Assembly: GCF_009914755.1 (NCBI RefSeq)
Contig: NC_060947.1
DNA length: 64,000 nucleotides
Reading direction: 5' to 3' (one strand)
Source: the human T2T-CHM13v2.0 reference genome, Homo sapiens
The notes beneath the pieces are model-generated. The model did no database searches. It was not told where the DNA came from and saw only the letters and a program-made list of their open reading frames with translations. The translations under genes were made by a program, and so were the position numbers. Of this stretch, positions 16,046-32,859 are shown one piece after another. Within the stretch, counting starts at the first letter, position 1; the number at the start of each line of letters is the position of its first letter.

Positions 16046-18335
16046 TGATATGGTTTGGCTGTGCCTTCACCCAAATCTCAACTTGAATTGGGTCTCCCAG
16101 AATTCCCACATCTTGTAGAGGGACCCAGGGGCAGGTAATTGAATAATGGGGGCCAGTCTTTCCCGTGCTATTCTCATGATAGTGAATAAGTCTCATGAGA
16201 TTGGATGGGTTTATCAGGGGGGTTCCACTTTTGCTTCTTCCTCATTTTTCTCTTGCCACCACCATGTAAGGAGTGCCTTTCACCTTCCACCATGAATATG
16301 AGGCCTCCCTAGCCATGTGGAACTGTAAGTCCGGTTAAACCTCTTTTTCTTCCCAGTCTCAGGTATGTCTTTATCAGCAGCATGAAAATGAACCAATACA
16401 GTAAATTGGTACCAGTAGAATGGGGCATTGCTGAAAAGATACCCGAAAATGTGGAAGTGACTTAGGAACTGGGTAACAGGCAGAGGTGAGAACAGTTTGG
16501 AGGGCTCAAAACAAGACAGGAAAATGCGGGAAAGGTTGGAACCTCCTAGAGATTTGTTGAATGGCTTTGACAAAAATGCTGATAATTATATGAACAATAA
16601 GGTCCAGGCTGAGGTGATCTCAGAGGGAGATAAGGAACTTGTTGGGAAGTGGAGCAAAGTTGACTCTTGTTATGTTTTAACAAAGAGACTGGAAACATTT
16701 TGCCCCTGCCCAAAGGTTTGTGGAACTTTGAACTTGAGAGAGATGATTTAGGGTATCTGGTAGAAGAAATTTCTAAGCAGAAAAGCATTCAAGAGGTGAC
16801 TTGGGTACTGGGTAAAAGCATTCCATTTTAAAAAGGAAACAGAGCATAAAAATTTGGAAAATTTGCAGCCTGATGATGCAGTACAAAAGAAGAACCCATT
16901 TTTTTGAGGAGAAATTCAAGCCTGCTGCACAAATTTGCATAAGTAGCAAGGAACCTAATGTTAATCCCCAAGACCATAGGGAAAATGTCTCCAAGCCATG
17001 TCAGAGACCTTCACAGCAAGCCCTCCCATCAAAGGTCCGAGGCCCAGGAGGAAAAAGTGGTTTCGTGGGCCTAGCCCAGGGACTACATGTTGTGTGCAGC
17101 CTAGGGACTTGGTGCCCCAAGTCCCAGCCACTCCAGCCATGGCTGAAAGGGGCCAATGTACAGCTTGGGCTGTGGCTTCAGAGGGTGGAAGCCCCAAGCC
17201 TTAGCAGCTTCCACATGGTGTTGAGCCTGCAGGTGCAAAGAAGTCAAGAATTGAGGTTTGGGAATCTCTGCCTAGATTTTAGAAGATGTATGGAAGCACC
17301 TGGATGCCCAGGCAAAAGTTTGCTGCAGGGGCGGGGCCCTCATGAAGAACCTCTGCTAAGGCAGTCTGGAAAGGAAATGTGGGGTTGGGGCCCCCCACAA
17401 AGAGTCCCTACTGGAGCACTGCCTAGTGGAGCTGTGAGAAGAGGGCCACTGTCCTCCAGACCCCAGAATGGTAGATCCACTAACAGCTTGCACCATACGC
17501 CTGGAAAAGACGGAGACACTCAATGCCAGCCTGTGAAAGCAGCTGGGAGGGAGGCTGTACCCTGCAAAGCCACAGGGGCAGAGCTGCCCAAGACCATGGG
17601 AACCCACCTCTTGCATCAGCGTGACCTGGATGTGAGACCTGGAGTCAAAGGAGATAATTTTGGAGCTTTAAAATTTGACTCTGCTGCTGGATTTTGGACT
17701 TGCATGGGCCCTGTAACCCATTTGTTTTGGCCAATTTCTCCCATTTGGAATGGCTGTATTTATCTAATACCTGTACCCCCATTGTATCTAGGAAGTAACT
17801 AGTTTGCTTTTGATTTTACAGGCTCATAGGTGGAAGGGACTTGTCTCAGAGGAGACTTTGGAGTGTGGACTTTTGGGTTAATACTGAAATGAGTTAAGAC
17901 TTTGGGGGACTGTTGGGAAGGCATGATTGGTTTTGAAATGTGAGGACATGAGATTTGGAGGGGCCAGGGGTGGAATGATATGGTCTGGCTATGCCCTCAC
18001 CCAAATTTCAACTAGAATTGTATCTCCCAGAATTCCCACAAGTTGTGGGAGGGACCCAGAGAGAGGTAATTGAATCATGGGGCCGATTTTTCTCATGCTA
18101 TTCTAATGATAGTGAATAAGTCTCATGAGATCTGATGGGTTTATCTGTGGTTTCTGTTTCTGTTTCTGTTTCTTCCTCATTTTTCTCTTGCTGCCACCAT
18201 ATAAGAAGTGCATTTTGCCTCCCACTACGATTCTGAGCCCTCTCCAGCCATGTGCAACTGTAAGTTCAAATAAACCTCTTTTTCTTCCCAGTCTTAGGTA
18301 TGTCTTTATCAGCAGCATGAAAATGACCTAATACA
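16046..18335 (+). mobile_element. Complete THE1 (THE1A-like) MaLR element: LTR 16046-16400, internal 16401-17975, LTR 17976-18335
   Basis: Two similar ~355-bp LTRs (tgatatgg...aataca); internal starts gtaaattggtacc and ends with a purine tract; 1575-bp internal region. Confidence 0.95.
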
Positions 18336-18901
18336 TATGTCTTTCTGGAGCTCTGCTAGTACACTTGTCATTTCTGGTGTCTTGTCTCTTCTTTGAATTT
18401 GTGTACATCATCTTTGAGGTCCTGTTTCAGGCATCCCATATTTTCTTTAATTTATTCCATTTCAGAGAAAGATCTTTGTTCAATGTTTTCTGATGCTTTG
18501 TGGCGTATTTTTTGATGTATATACTTCAACTACCTCTGACTTGTCATGTTTCTTTCCTTATTTCCACTGCTGGTTCCTTTTTTTTAGTTGTTACTCATCT
18601 TTTCATTGGGATTAATCTTTGGTTAAGAACATACCCTAAGGAAAGGAGCTAGGATAATAAGCTTAGATAACTGGAAACTTGACTTCTGTTTTAAGAAAAC
18701 TTTGTAACTTTCTGTACTGGGGGTATGTATCTGCTCTGAAGAAGCAAAAAATATCCATATGCCACATATCCTACATGGAATGGTTTCATATTCATTTCTC
18801 TTTTATTGGCCCAAGATTAAAAGCTACAGAGTAGATTACAAAAAAATGTAATAAATATCCACCACATCCATCTTCTGTTCTGTGGTCATTTCTGAATATA
18901 A

Positions 18902-19217
<316 letters not shown>

Positions 19218-21691
19218 TGAGCACTGGGTTTCTCCAGGATTTCATGGGGTGGAGGAAAGCAATAATTACATTGCCAGGTGCCCTATCCATTTCCTAAGAC
19301 TTCAAGATCCTTGTCTGTTTTTACTTTCATCATGAACTTCAACCTGGATATTTTTATTTTCCCAGATTATTCTTAAATTGTTTGGTCTCCTAATAGTTTT
19401 CACTTCTGAAAGCTTTATTCTCTATTCATCTTTGCTACTGTAGTATTATTCTTGCTTTTACAGTTATTCTGACATCTTGATGGTGTTTGAAAAATATGAT
19501 GAAGTGTCATCAAGGACTCAATTTTCCATCTTAAATCAAAAGAGTGTCCAATGGATTTATATATTTTCTAAACAATTTAGTTGATTGACCTATATGTGGA
19601 GACACAGATAGATATTATTTAATAGGCAGGGAAGGTACATTGATATAACATGAATACTTGGCTGTGTACAACTTCTCAGAGAAGTAATGCATTTACTTTT
19701 AACCACGAAGTTGGTTTCTCTATTGTCAGAAAGAAAGAACATCAAAACAGCCAAGACACCTGCTGTGGAAATGTCTCTTTCATTGATCTCTGAAATCTCT
19801 ATTTTATGCTGACTTTCATAAGAAGTATCTAATCTTCCATACTCGTTCACCTGGGAAGCTGGGATGTTAACTGCCAAAAACCTGCATTGCAAAAACAAAC
19901 AAACAAACAAAAACAAAGAAACTGAAGAACAAGAAGAAGCTCCATGTGGATCAGCAAGCAAGGGCAGTGTGAGTCCCTTTCTAGGTGTACCTCATGAATT
20001 TGCAAGAGGAAATACAAGCCTTGCAGATGGCATTTCCTTTGGCCATTAGTTTTCAGAAGGCTCCCTGCAAATTCTCAGCAGAGGAAATAGCAGGAATGAT
20101 AAGTCTATTTCCAAAGCCCTTTCCAACAACCTTCAGATTTCCCGCATTCAGATTGCACTTAAAAATATCAAACGACTTGCCAGTCTTTTCAGCAGCCTTC
20201 TAAATACGTTTCTGTTCAAAGAAATAATGGGAGTGACAGGCTGAGAAGTCAGGAGGCACTCGATAAATGTTTCTATGAATGAGCGAGTGAAGTGAATGAA
20301 AGTATATGGGCATGAACGAAAAGCCTACAAATGTGAGTCTAAATCTGTAAATGATCAAAAAAGTATTTTTCCTGAGAGAATTATCTCATCTCAATTTGGA
20401 AACACTAATTTCTGGCCTCGGAGAGTGCATATAATCTATTTTCTCATCCAGTCGATTCACATTTATAAAAGTAGGTTTTTCTTCCAGACAAAGCACACTA
20501 TAGGAAAAAGAAAAAAAAACTGATAACTGTGTTATGCCCTCTGTCTGAGCCTTCAAATCTCTTTGGTTCAAATGGGAAACTTGTTTCTGCTGGCTTTCAT
20601 CCAGTGTTGCAGCACTTCAAGAAGTTTCAGCTGCATTAGACTTGCTCTCAGCCCATTAAAACCCATAAACCCTCCAAGATGGCCGAATAGGAACAGCTCC
20701 AGTCTACAGCTCCCAGCATGAGCAACGCAGACGAGGGGTGATTTCTGCATTTCCAACTGAGGTACCGGGTTCATCTCACTGGGGAGTGTCGGAAAGTGGT
20801 TGCAGGACAGTGGGTGCAGTGCAGCAAGCGTGAGCTGAAGCACAGCGAGGCATCACCTCACCTGGGAAGTGCAAGGGGTCAGGGAATTCCCTTTCACAGC
20901 CAAGCAAAGCTGTGACAGATGGCACCTGGAAAATCGGGTCACTCCCACCCTAATACTGCACTTTTCCAATGGTCTTAGCAAACGGCACACCAGGAGATAA
21001 TATCCCATGCCTGGCTTGGAGGGTTCCACACCCACAGAGCCTCACTCATTGCTAGCACAGCAGTCTGAGATCAAACTGCAAGGTGGCAGCAAGGCTAGGG
21101 GAGGAAAGCCCACAATTGCCCAGGCTTGAGTAGGTAAAAAAAGCGGCCTGGAAGCTCGAACTGGGTGGAGCCCACCACAGCTCCAGGAGGCCTGCCTGCC
21201 TCTGTAGACTCAACCTCTGGGGGCAGGGCATAGCCAAACAAAAGGCAGCAGAAACCTCTGCAGACTTAAATGTCCCTGTCTGACAGCTTTGAAGAAAGTA
21301 GTGGTTCTCCCAGCACGGAGTTTGAGATGTGAGAACAGACAGACTGCCTCCTCAAGTGGGTCACTGACCCCCGAGTAACCTATCTGGGAGGCACCCCCCA
21401 GTAGGGGCAGACTGACACATCACATGGCCGGGTACCCCTCTGAGACGAAACCTCCAGAGGAACGATCAGACAGCAACATTTGCTCTTCAGCAATATTCAC
21501 TGTTCTGCACCCCCCGCTGCTGATACCCAGGCAAACAGCGTTTGGAATGGACCTCCAGCAAATGCCAACAGACCTGCAGCTGAGGGTCCTGACTGTTAAA
21601 AGGAAAACTAACAAACAGAAAGGACATCCACACCAAAACCCCATCCGCACATCACCATCATCAAAGACCGAAGGTAGATAAAACCACAAAG

Positions 21692-22706
21692 ATGGGGACA
21701 AAACCGAAAAGAAAAACTGAAAATTCTAAAAATCAGAGCACCTCTCCTCCTCCAAAGGAACGCAGCTCCTCACCAGCAATGGAACAAAGCTGGACGGAGA
21801 ATGACTTTGATGAGTTGAGAGGAGAAGGCTTCAGATGATCAAACTTCTCTGAGCTAAAGGAGGAAGTTCAAATCCATCACAAAGAAGTTAAAACCATTGA
21901 AAAAAGATTAGACGAATGGCTAATTAGACTAACCAATGCAGAGAAGTCCTTAAAGGATGTGATGGAGCTGAAAACCATGGCACGAGAACTACAGGACAAA
22001 TGCACAAGCTTCAGTAGCCAATTCTATCAACTGGAAGAAAGGCTATCAGTGATGGAAGATCAAATGAATGACATGAAGTGAGAAGAGAAGTTTAGAGAAA
22101 AAAGTAAAAAGAAATGAACAAAGCCTCCAAGAAAAATGGGACGATGTGAAAAGACCAAATCTACATCTCATTGGTGTACCTGAAAGTGACGGGGAGAATG
22201 GAACCAAGTTGGAAAACACTCTGCAGGATATTATCAAAGAGAACTTCCCCAACCTAGAAAGGCAGGCCAACATTCAAATTCAGGAAATACACAGAACGCC
22301 ACAAAGATACTCCTCGAGAAGAGCAACTCCAAGAAACATAACTGTCAGATTCACCGAAGTTGAAATGAAGGAAAAAATGTTAAGGGCAGCCAGAGAGAAA
22401 GGTCGGGTTACCCACAAAGGGAAGCCCATCAGACTAACAACAGATCTCTCGGCAGAAACTCTACAAGCCAGAAGAGAGAGGGGGCCAATATTCAACATTC
22501 TTAGAGAAAAGAATTTTCAACCCAGAATTTCATATCCAGCCAAACTAAGCTTCATAAGTGAAAGAGAAATAAAATCTTTTACAGACAAGCAAATCCTGAG
22601 AGATTTTGTCACCACCAGGCCTACCTTACAAGAGCTCCTGAAGGAAGCACTAAACATAGAAAGGAACAACTGGTACCAGCCACTGCAAAAACACGCCGAG
22701 TTGTAA
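21692..22706 (+). pseudogene. L1 ORF1 (RNA-binding protein), disrupted
   Basis: ATG 21692; stop and frameshift near 22079-22110; C-terminal 186 aa open (KRPNLHLIGVPE..NWYQPLQKHAEL). Confidence 0.9.
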
Positions 22707-22754
22707 AGAACATCAATGCTAGGAAGAAACTGCACCAACTAACGAGCAAAATAA

Positions 22755-26597
<3,843 letters not shown>

Positions 26598-26946
26598 ACA
26601 ATGAGAACACATGGACACAGGAAGGGAAACATCACACACCAGGGCCTGTTGTGGGGTGGAGGGAGGGGGGAAGGATAGCATTAGGAGATATACCTAATGT
26701 AAATGACGAGTTAATGGGTGCAGCACACCAACATGGCACATGTATACATATGTAACAAGCCTGCACATTGTGCACATGTACCCTAGAACTTAAAGTATAA
26801 TATATATATATAAAAGAATGCAGCCAAAAAAAATCCCATAAACCCTAGGGAGACTTCAGAGGGATTCAAAATAGGAAGAAGTCCTTTTACCAAGAAACTT
26901 GATAGAAGCCAAGATCTACATCCTCAGACAAAAGGTAAGTCTATAA

Positions 26947-27354
26947 TGATATGGTTTGGATTTCTCTCCTCACCCAGATTTCCTGTCGAATTGTAATCCC
27001 CAATGTTGGAGGAGGGCCTTGGTGGGAGGTGATTGGATTATGGAGGCGAATTTCCCCTTTTCTTTCATGAGAACAGCAAGGGGGAATGCTGAGTGAGTGA
27101 GTTCTCATGAGATCTGGTTTTTAAAAAGTGTGTAGCAACTCCCCCTTCGCTCTCTTCCTCCTGCTCTGACCATGTAAAGACGCGCTGGCTTCCCCTTCAC
27201 CTTCCACCATGATACCAAATTTCCTGGGGCCTCCTCAGCCATGCTTCCTGTATAGACTGCAGAAGCAGGAGCCAATTAAACCTCTTTTCTTTACAAATTA
27301 CCCAGTTTCAGGTATTTCTTTATAGCAGCATGAGAACTAACTAATATTAATACA
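26947..27354 (+). mobile_element. MSTA-like solo LTR
   Basis: tgatatggtttgg start, aattgtaatccccaatgttggagg, gccaattaaacctcttttcttt, ends aataca. Confidence 0.88.
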
Positions 27355-28529
27355 TATGCCTTCCCTAAATTGCATAGAGATTGATTATTTCACTTCATGT
27401 TGGTAAAGAATTTATATAGATATTAAAACAACAACAATGACAAGTGTCTGGACATTAAGTATATTATTTATTTAGAAAATCCTTGAGGGCTATTATGAAT
27501 ATCTAAGGATGCTATAAAGAAAATAAAAATAATTTACTTCAGTCTCTAGTATAGGAACTTTCATGATTTGCTATGAACCATACCCATACTCCTATTATAT
27601 TCTGAAATGAATGATTCATGGCATTGATATGGAGAAAATTTTAATAAATATACAAATGCTCGGTAAATTGTGCAAGGTTATACAAATATGTGTTGTCCTG
27701 TTGCTGGTATTCTTATACTTAGATGTCAGTAGTGGAATTAAAGTAATCTAAAGAATAATTAGAATCCCTTTGACTCAACTCTTCTCACAGATTAGCTATA
27801 ACCTAACATTTTTTAGGGAAATAATGTATTAATTACTGATCTCTTGCCTTTTAAAACTTTCAGCTCAAACAGTTTTCTGGAAGATTTACCTTAAGTGTTT
27901 CCTCTCTTTCCAACTGGAGTAATGGTAACTCAGTGACAAAATGATGGACAGGGTGACTAAGTTCCTTGGCCCATCTCTATCTGCACCTTGGGAATGATCA
28001 TATTGACTCCCCCACTTTTTTTTCAGTGATTCTGTCAAGAAAACTGTAAGAAAAGGTCTCCAACATCCTAGGAACAGAGAGATATAATCAATTTAAGGTA
28101 TTCTACACATAACCCAATTTGTCCATACTGCCATCCCCCAGTAAGCATGGAGTATGATGAATTGATGATAATATTCATGCAAATGTTTGATCATGATAGA
28201 ATTAATTTTGCTCTGATGTAGCCTGGTCCAAAGTCACTGGAGAAAATATTGCAGTGAAAAAACTTTACACATCAAAATGTTTGTCAATGTCCAACAAAGG
28301 GCTTAATGATTTCAGCAGTATTTGACACAATATTCTTAACAAAATTAGGATTTGGCACAGTCCCTAAAGTTTATTATAAGAAGATTTTAAAATTATGTTA
28401 CTTAAAGTCCCATGTGATGAAAAAAAATCTTTAAATGTGCTCATCCAGCCTATGCACAAATAACAATAATAGAAATTTCATTAAAAGCCCTGAATATTCC
28501 TTTATTGAAAGCTTAGACTCCCTTTTATG

Positions 28530-29790
28530 AGAAAATTATCAACAAACTAGGAATAGAATGGCAATTCCTCAACCTGATAAAGGGAATCTATGAAAAACCC
28601 ACAGAAAGCATCATACTTACTCATGAACAAGTAAATGCTTTCCTCCTAATTCAGGAACAAAACAGGAATGTCCAGCCTTGCCAGTTCTATTCAACATTGT
28701 ACTGGAGATTCTAGACAGGGCAATTAGGCAATAAAAAGTAAAAGGCCACCAGATTGGAAGGAAATGGGTAAAATTTTCTCTACTTTCAAATGACATAGTC
28801 TTATTTATAGAAGATCCTAAGGAATTCACTGAAAAAGAGGGAAAAAACTATTGGAACAAATAAACAAGGTTGCAGGATACAAGATCAATATACAAAATTC
28901 ACTTGACCTAAGCAACATGAAAATGAAGTTAAGAACAATATTCTATTGACAATAGCATCAAAAAGAATAAGCTGCTTAGGAATAAAATTCAAACAAAAAT
29001 TGCCAAATTTATACTCTGAAAATGATAAAATACTGTTGAAATAAATTAAAGAGATCTAAAAAAGGTGGAAAAACACCCCATGTTCATGTATCAGAAAATT
29101 TAATATTGTTAAAATGGCAATATTCCCCAAACTAATTTACGTATCCAACACAACTCCTATCAGAATCCCAACTTTCTTCTTTATAAAAATTGACAAGCTG
29201 ATCCTAAAATACATATGGAATTTCAAGGGACCTGGAATATCTAAAACAATTCTAGAAAGAACAAAGTAGGAGGATTCATGCTTGCTGATAAGACTCACTA
29301 CAAAGCAATAGTAATTAAGATGGTGTATTACTGACACAAAGATAGGCATTATATATAGCTAGAATAGAATTCAAAGCCCCCAAATAAACTCTTGTATCTA
29401 TGGTCAACTGATTTTTCAAGGGTGCCAACACCACTGAATGAGGAAAGAAAAATCTTCTCAAAAAATGATGGTGGGAAAACTAGATAGCCACATACAAAAG
29501 AATGTAGTTGAACCCTCACCTCATAACATATATAAAAAGGAACTCAACATGGATCAGAGACCCAAAAATAAGAACTAAAACTACAAACTCTTGGAAGAAA
29601 ACATGTGGCTACATATTCATCATCTTGGGTTTGGCAAAAGATTCTTTGATATGACAAGCAAAAATATAAATAAGTTGAAACTTATCAAAATTAAAAACCT
29701 GTTGTTTCAAAGTGAAGACTATTTAAAAAGTGTAAACACAACCCACGGAATGGGAGAAAATATTTGCAAATCATATACTTGATAAGAGGC
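28530..29790 (+). mobile_element. Ancient L1M (MB/MC-like) ORF2 fragment
   Basis: Diverged ORF2 text (caacaaactaggaatagaa, ctatgaaaaacccacag, gttgcaggatacaagatcaatatacaaaa). Confidence 0.8.
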
Positions 29791-29921
29791 TATGAATATG
29801 TATTTCCCTTAAATAATTAAGTAAGCTATAGTAAGTTTAACCTAAAAATTAGACCTAATCCTGAGTTCTATAGGTTTGCTCTGATTTCATTCAGACCCTG
29901 GGTTTAAAAGAATCCCATGAA

Positions 29922-31099
29922 TATCTCACAAGTGCAGGCAACCAAAACAAACATAGAGAAATGAGATTACATCAAGTTAAAAAGCTCCTGCACAGCCATG
30001 GAAACAATCGACAAAGTGAGGAGACAACCCACAGAACGGGAGAAAATATTTTCAAACTATCCATTTAACAAGAGATAATGACCAGAATATATAAGGTGCT
30101 CAAACAACTCTACAGGAAAAAAATATAATAATCCAATGTTAATATGGGCAAAATATTTGAACAGATATTTCTCAAATGAAGACATACAAATAGCAAATGG
30201 GCATAAGAAAAAGTGCTCAACATAATTGATCATCAGAGAAATGCAAATCAAAACTACAATGAGGTATCTCACTCCAGTTAAAATGGCTTTTATCCAAGTC
30301 AGGCAACAACAAATGCTGGCGAGGATATGGAGAAAAGGGAATTCCTGTACACTGTTGGTGGGAATGTAAATTAGTACAACCACTCTGGAGAACAGTGTGG
30401 CGGTTCCTCAGAAAGACTAAAAATAGAGCTACCATATGATCCAGCAATCCCACTGCTAGGTATATACCCAAAAGAAAGGAAATAAGTATATCAAAGAGAT
30501 ATCTGCACTCCCGTGTTTGTTGCAGCAGCTCTGTTTACAAAAGCCAAGATTTGCAAGCAATCTAAGTATCCATCAACAGATGAATGGATAAAGGGAGCAC
30601 TATTCAACCATGAAAAGAATGAGATCCTGTCATTTGCAACAACATGGATGAAAGTGGAGATCGTTATGTTAAGTGAAATAAGCCAGGCACGGAAAGACAA
30701 ACATCACCTGTTCTAACTTATTTGTGGGAGCTAAAAGTTAAAACAATTGAACTCATGGAGATAGAGAGTAGAAGGATGGTTAACAGACACTGGGAAGAGT
30801 AGTGGGGAACTTGGGAGAAAGTAGGGATAGTTAATGGGTACATAAGGTAGTTAAAATAAACAAGACCTAGATTTGATAGCACAACAGGGTGACTATAGTC
30901 AAAAATAATTTAATTGTACATTTTAAAATAACTAAAAGAGTATAATTGTTTGTAACACAAAGGATAAATGCTTGAGGGAATGGATACCCCATTTATCATG
31001 ATGTAATTATTATGCATTGCATTCCTATATCAAAGTATTTCATGTAACTCATAAGTATATACACCTACTATGTATCCACAAAATTAAATTTTAAAAAGA
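29922..31099 (+). mobile_element. 5'-truncated L1MA element with perfect 17-bp TSD
   Basis: ORF2 end plus L1MA-type 3'UTR (gatagcacaacagggtgactatagtc); TSD taaaagaatcccatgaa 29905-29921 and 31100-31116. Confidence 0.9.
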
Positions 31100-32859
31100 T
31101 AAAAGAATCCCATGAACTTGTCTATGTCTTAATATCTCCAAGCGTCTTTTGGATTTCACAAATAATTTGGTCCTGACAGCACTTATGTGCAGTACCTAAA
31201 ACAGATTACTATTCACTATTGCACAAACAGAAATAGGTTAATAGACTTACTAAAGTCATAGGCAAGTTTGTGACAGAGCCAAGACTAGAACCTACATCTC
31301 CCTACAGGCCATTTACATTTTTATATTGAGGTCATCTGTGATAGAATTGTATTTTTAAATATGTGCCATTAGATTAACACATTTGTTGCAACTCTTGTGT
31401 CAAAGACACAAAAAGCTTTGGAAACTAAATCACATTGCTTGGCTTCTGTTTGCTTAGAACATTTTTTTTTTCACTGTTTTTAAGTCTTTAAAGTTCCTTC
31501 ACTTTCATCTTAAGGAAGTGTTCTACTTTTTCCCTACTGTTTACAATTAATACATCATTATGGGGCTGGAAGTTTCAGGTGAAGTTAACTGCCAAGTCTG
31601 CCAACTTCTTAACAATGCCCAATGTGTCATCTTTGGGGGTTTGCAAGAAACAGTTTTTAATTGCTCAACTTTGAGCAGTGCACTAAAGCTAATCATGCCC
31701 CTAGAGCCTGGAAGAATCTCTGAGATACAAAGCTATCAGAAGTGTTCTGTTTGTCCAGCACCAACTAAAAGCAAGGCAGGCAGGAAGAACATTATTTCAA
31801 CTTAACAGGGGAAACATCATTTTTCAATGTTGAGACAAATTTTTTTAAAAATCTGTTTAAAGGCTGTTAGGAGATGCTTGGCTGGTTAGTCCTCTCCAGC
31901 ACCTCATCTCCCATTTTTTTTTTCTGCTAACCCATAGATCAGGACTACCTCATAATAGAAGGGCAGACTTGTCACTTGCTACTTTAGGATTATGAATTTG
32001 TGCATAACTCCATACAGGCACTCAAAGACTATGACAAGGAATTGTTTAGAGCACAGTTAGACCTTTGGAATAAATTGCACACTCTCTTTTTTGCTCACCC
32101 TCTAATAATTTTTCAAGAGTTCACCAAAAGCACATTTATTGAAGGAGATCTTCTACTAGTCACAGTCTTTCCAAACCAGTAAAATATATTCCCACCAGCT
32201 GGGTCCCCAACTTCTGCCACTTTCCCTTTGCCCACAGTGCTTCCTCCTATTCAGCATCCTAAGGCCTTAATTTGACTGTTAGGATACATCCCTGCACTAA
32301 GCTGAAGAATTCATTAGTGTTTCCGTTTTCCTCTTACTCAGATCTGCTCTAGCACCTTTTAGCTAGGTCCTAACACAACTTCCTTAGTTGTCTTCCATAT
32401 ACAAAAAAGATATTTATGATCTGCTTTCAATAGAAACAATTTCTCTAGAATTACGAATAAAGTAATTGGAATGGGCCTCAGAGATAGTCTATACAGCAAA
32501 AGAAACTGAAGCCCAAAAATTTGAAGTGACTTTCCCAAAGCCAGACAGTTTGTGAAGAGTTCATGCTCTCCTTACGTCCTCCCTTCTGGCAAATATGAGA
32601 AATGACATATTAGAGATGCATTTAGTGACCATGAGGCTGACTGAAGCTAAGCTATTCTCATAGGAACCAATCCTATATCTTAAATATTACTGTGTTATGA
32701 TTGGCAGTGAAACAAGCCTTAGCTAAAGACAGATGTCTTAATGTGGTACCCATATCATGTCACTTTGAGTTATCCAAGGACCTGAACAAAATCTTGCTGA
32801 GTACAAAATCTGAGAAATTTGTCCTCAAAGCAAGTATCAAGCAAAAGACCATATGTATA

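Noticed and set aside
19590-19961. 123-aa minus-strand ORF in unique DNA
   Set aside because: Non-ATG start, runs through a microsatellite, no recognisable domain
28250-28400. Possible CR1/L3-like RT remnant (gatttcagcagtatttgacac)
   Set aside because: A single short motif, not supported by neighbouring sequence
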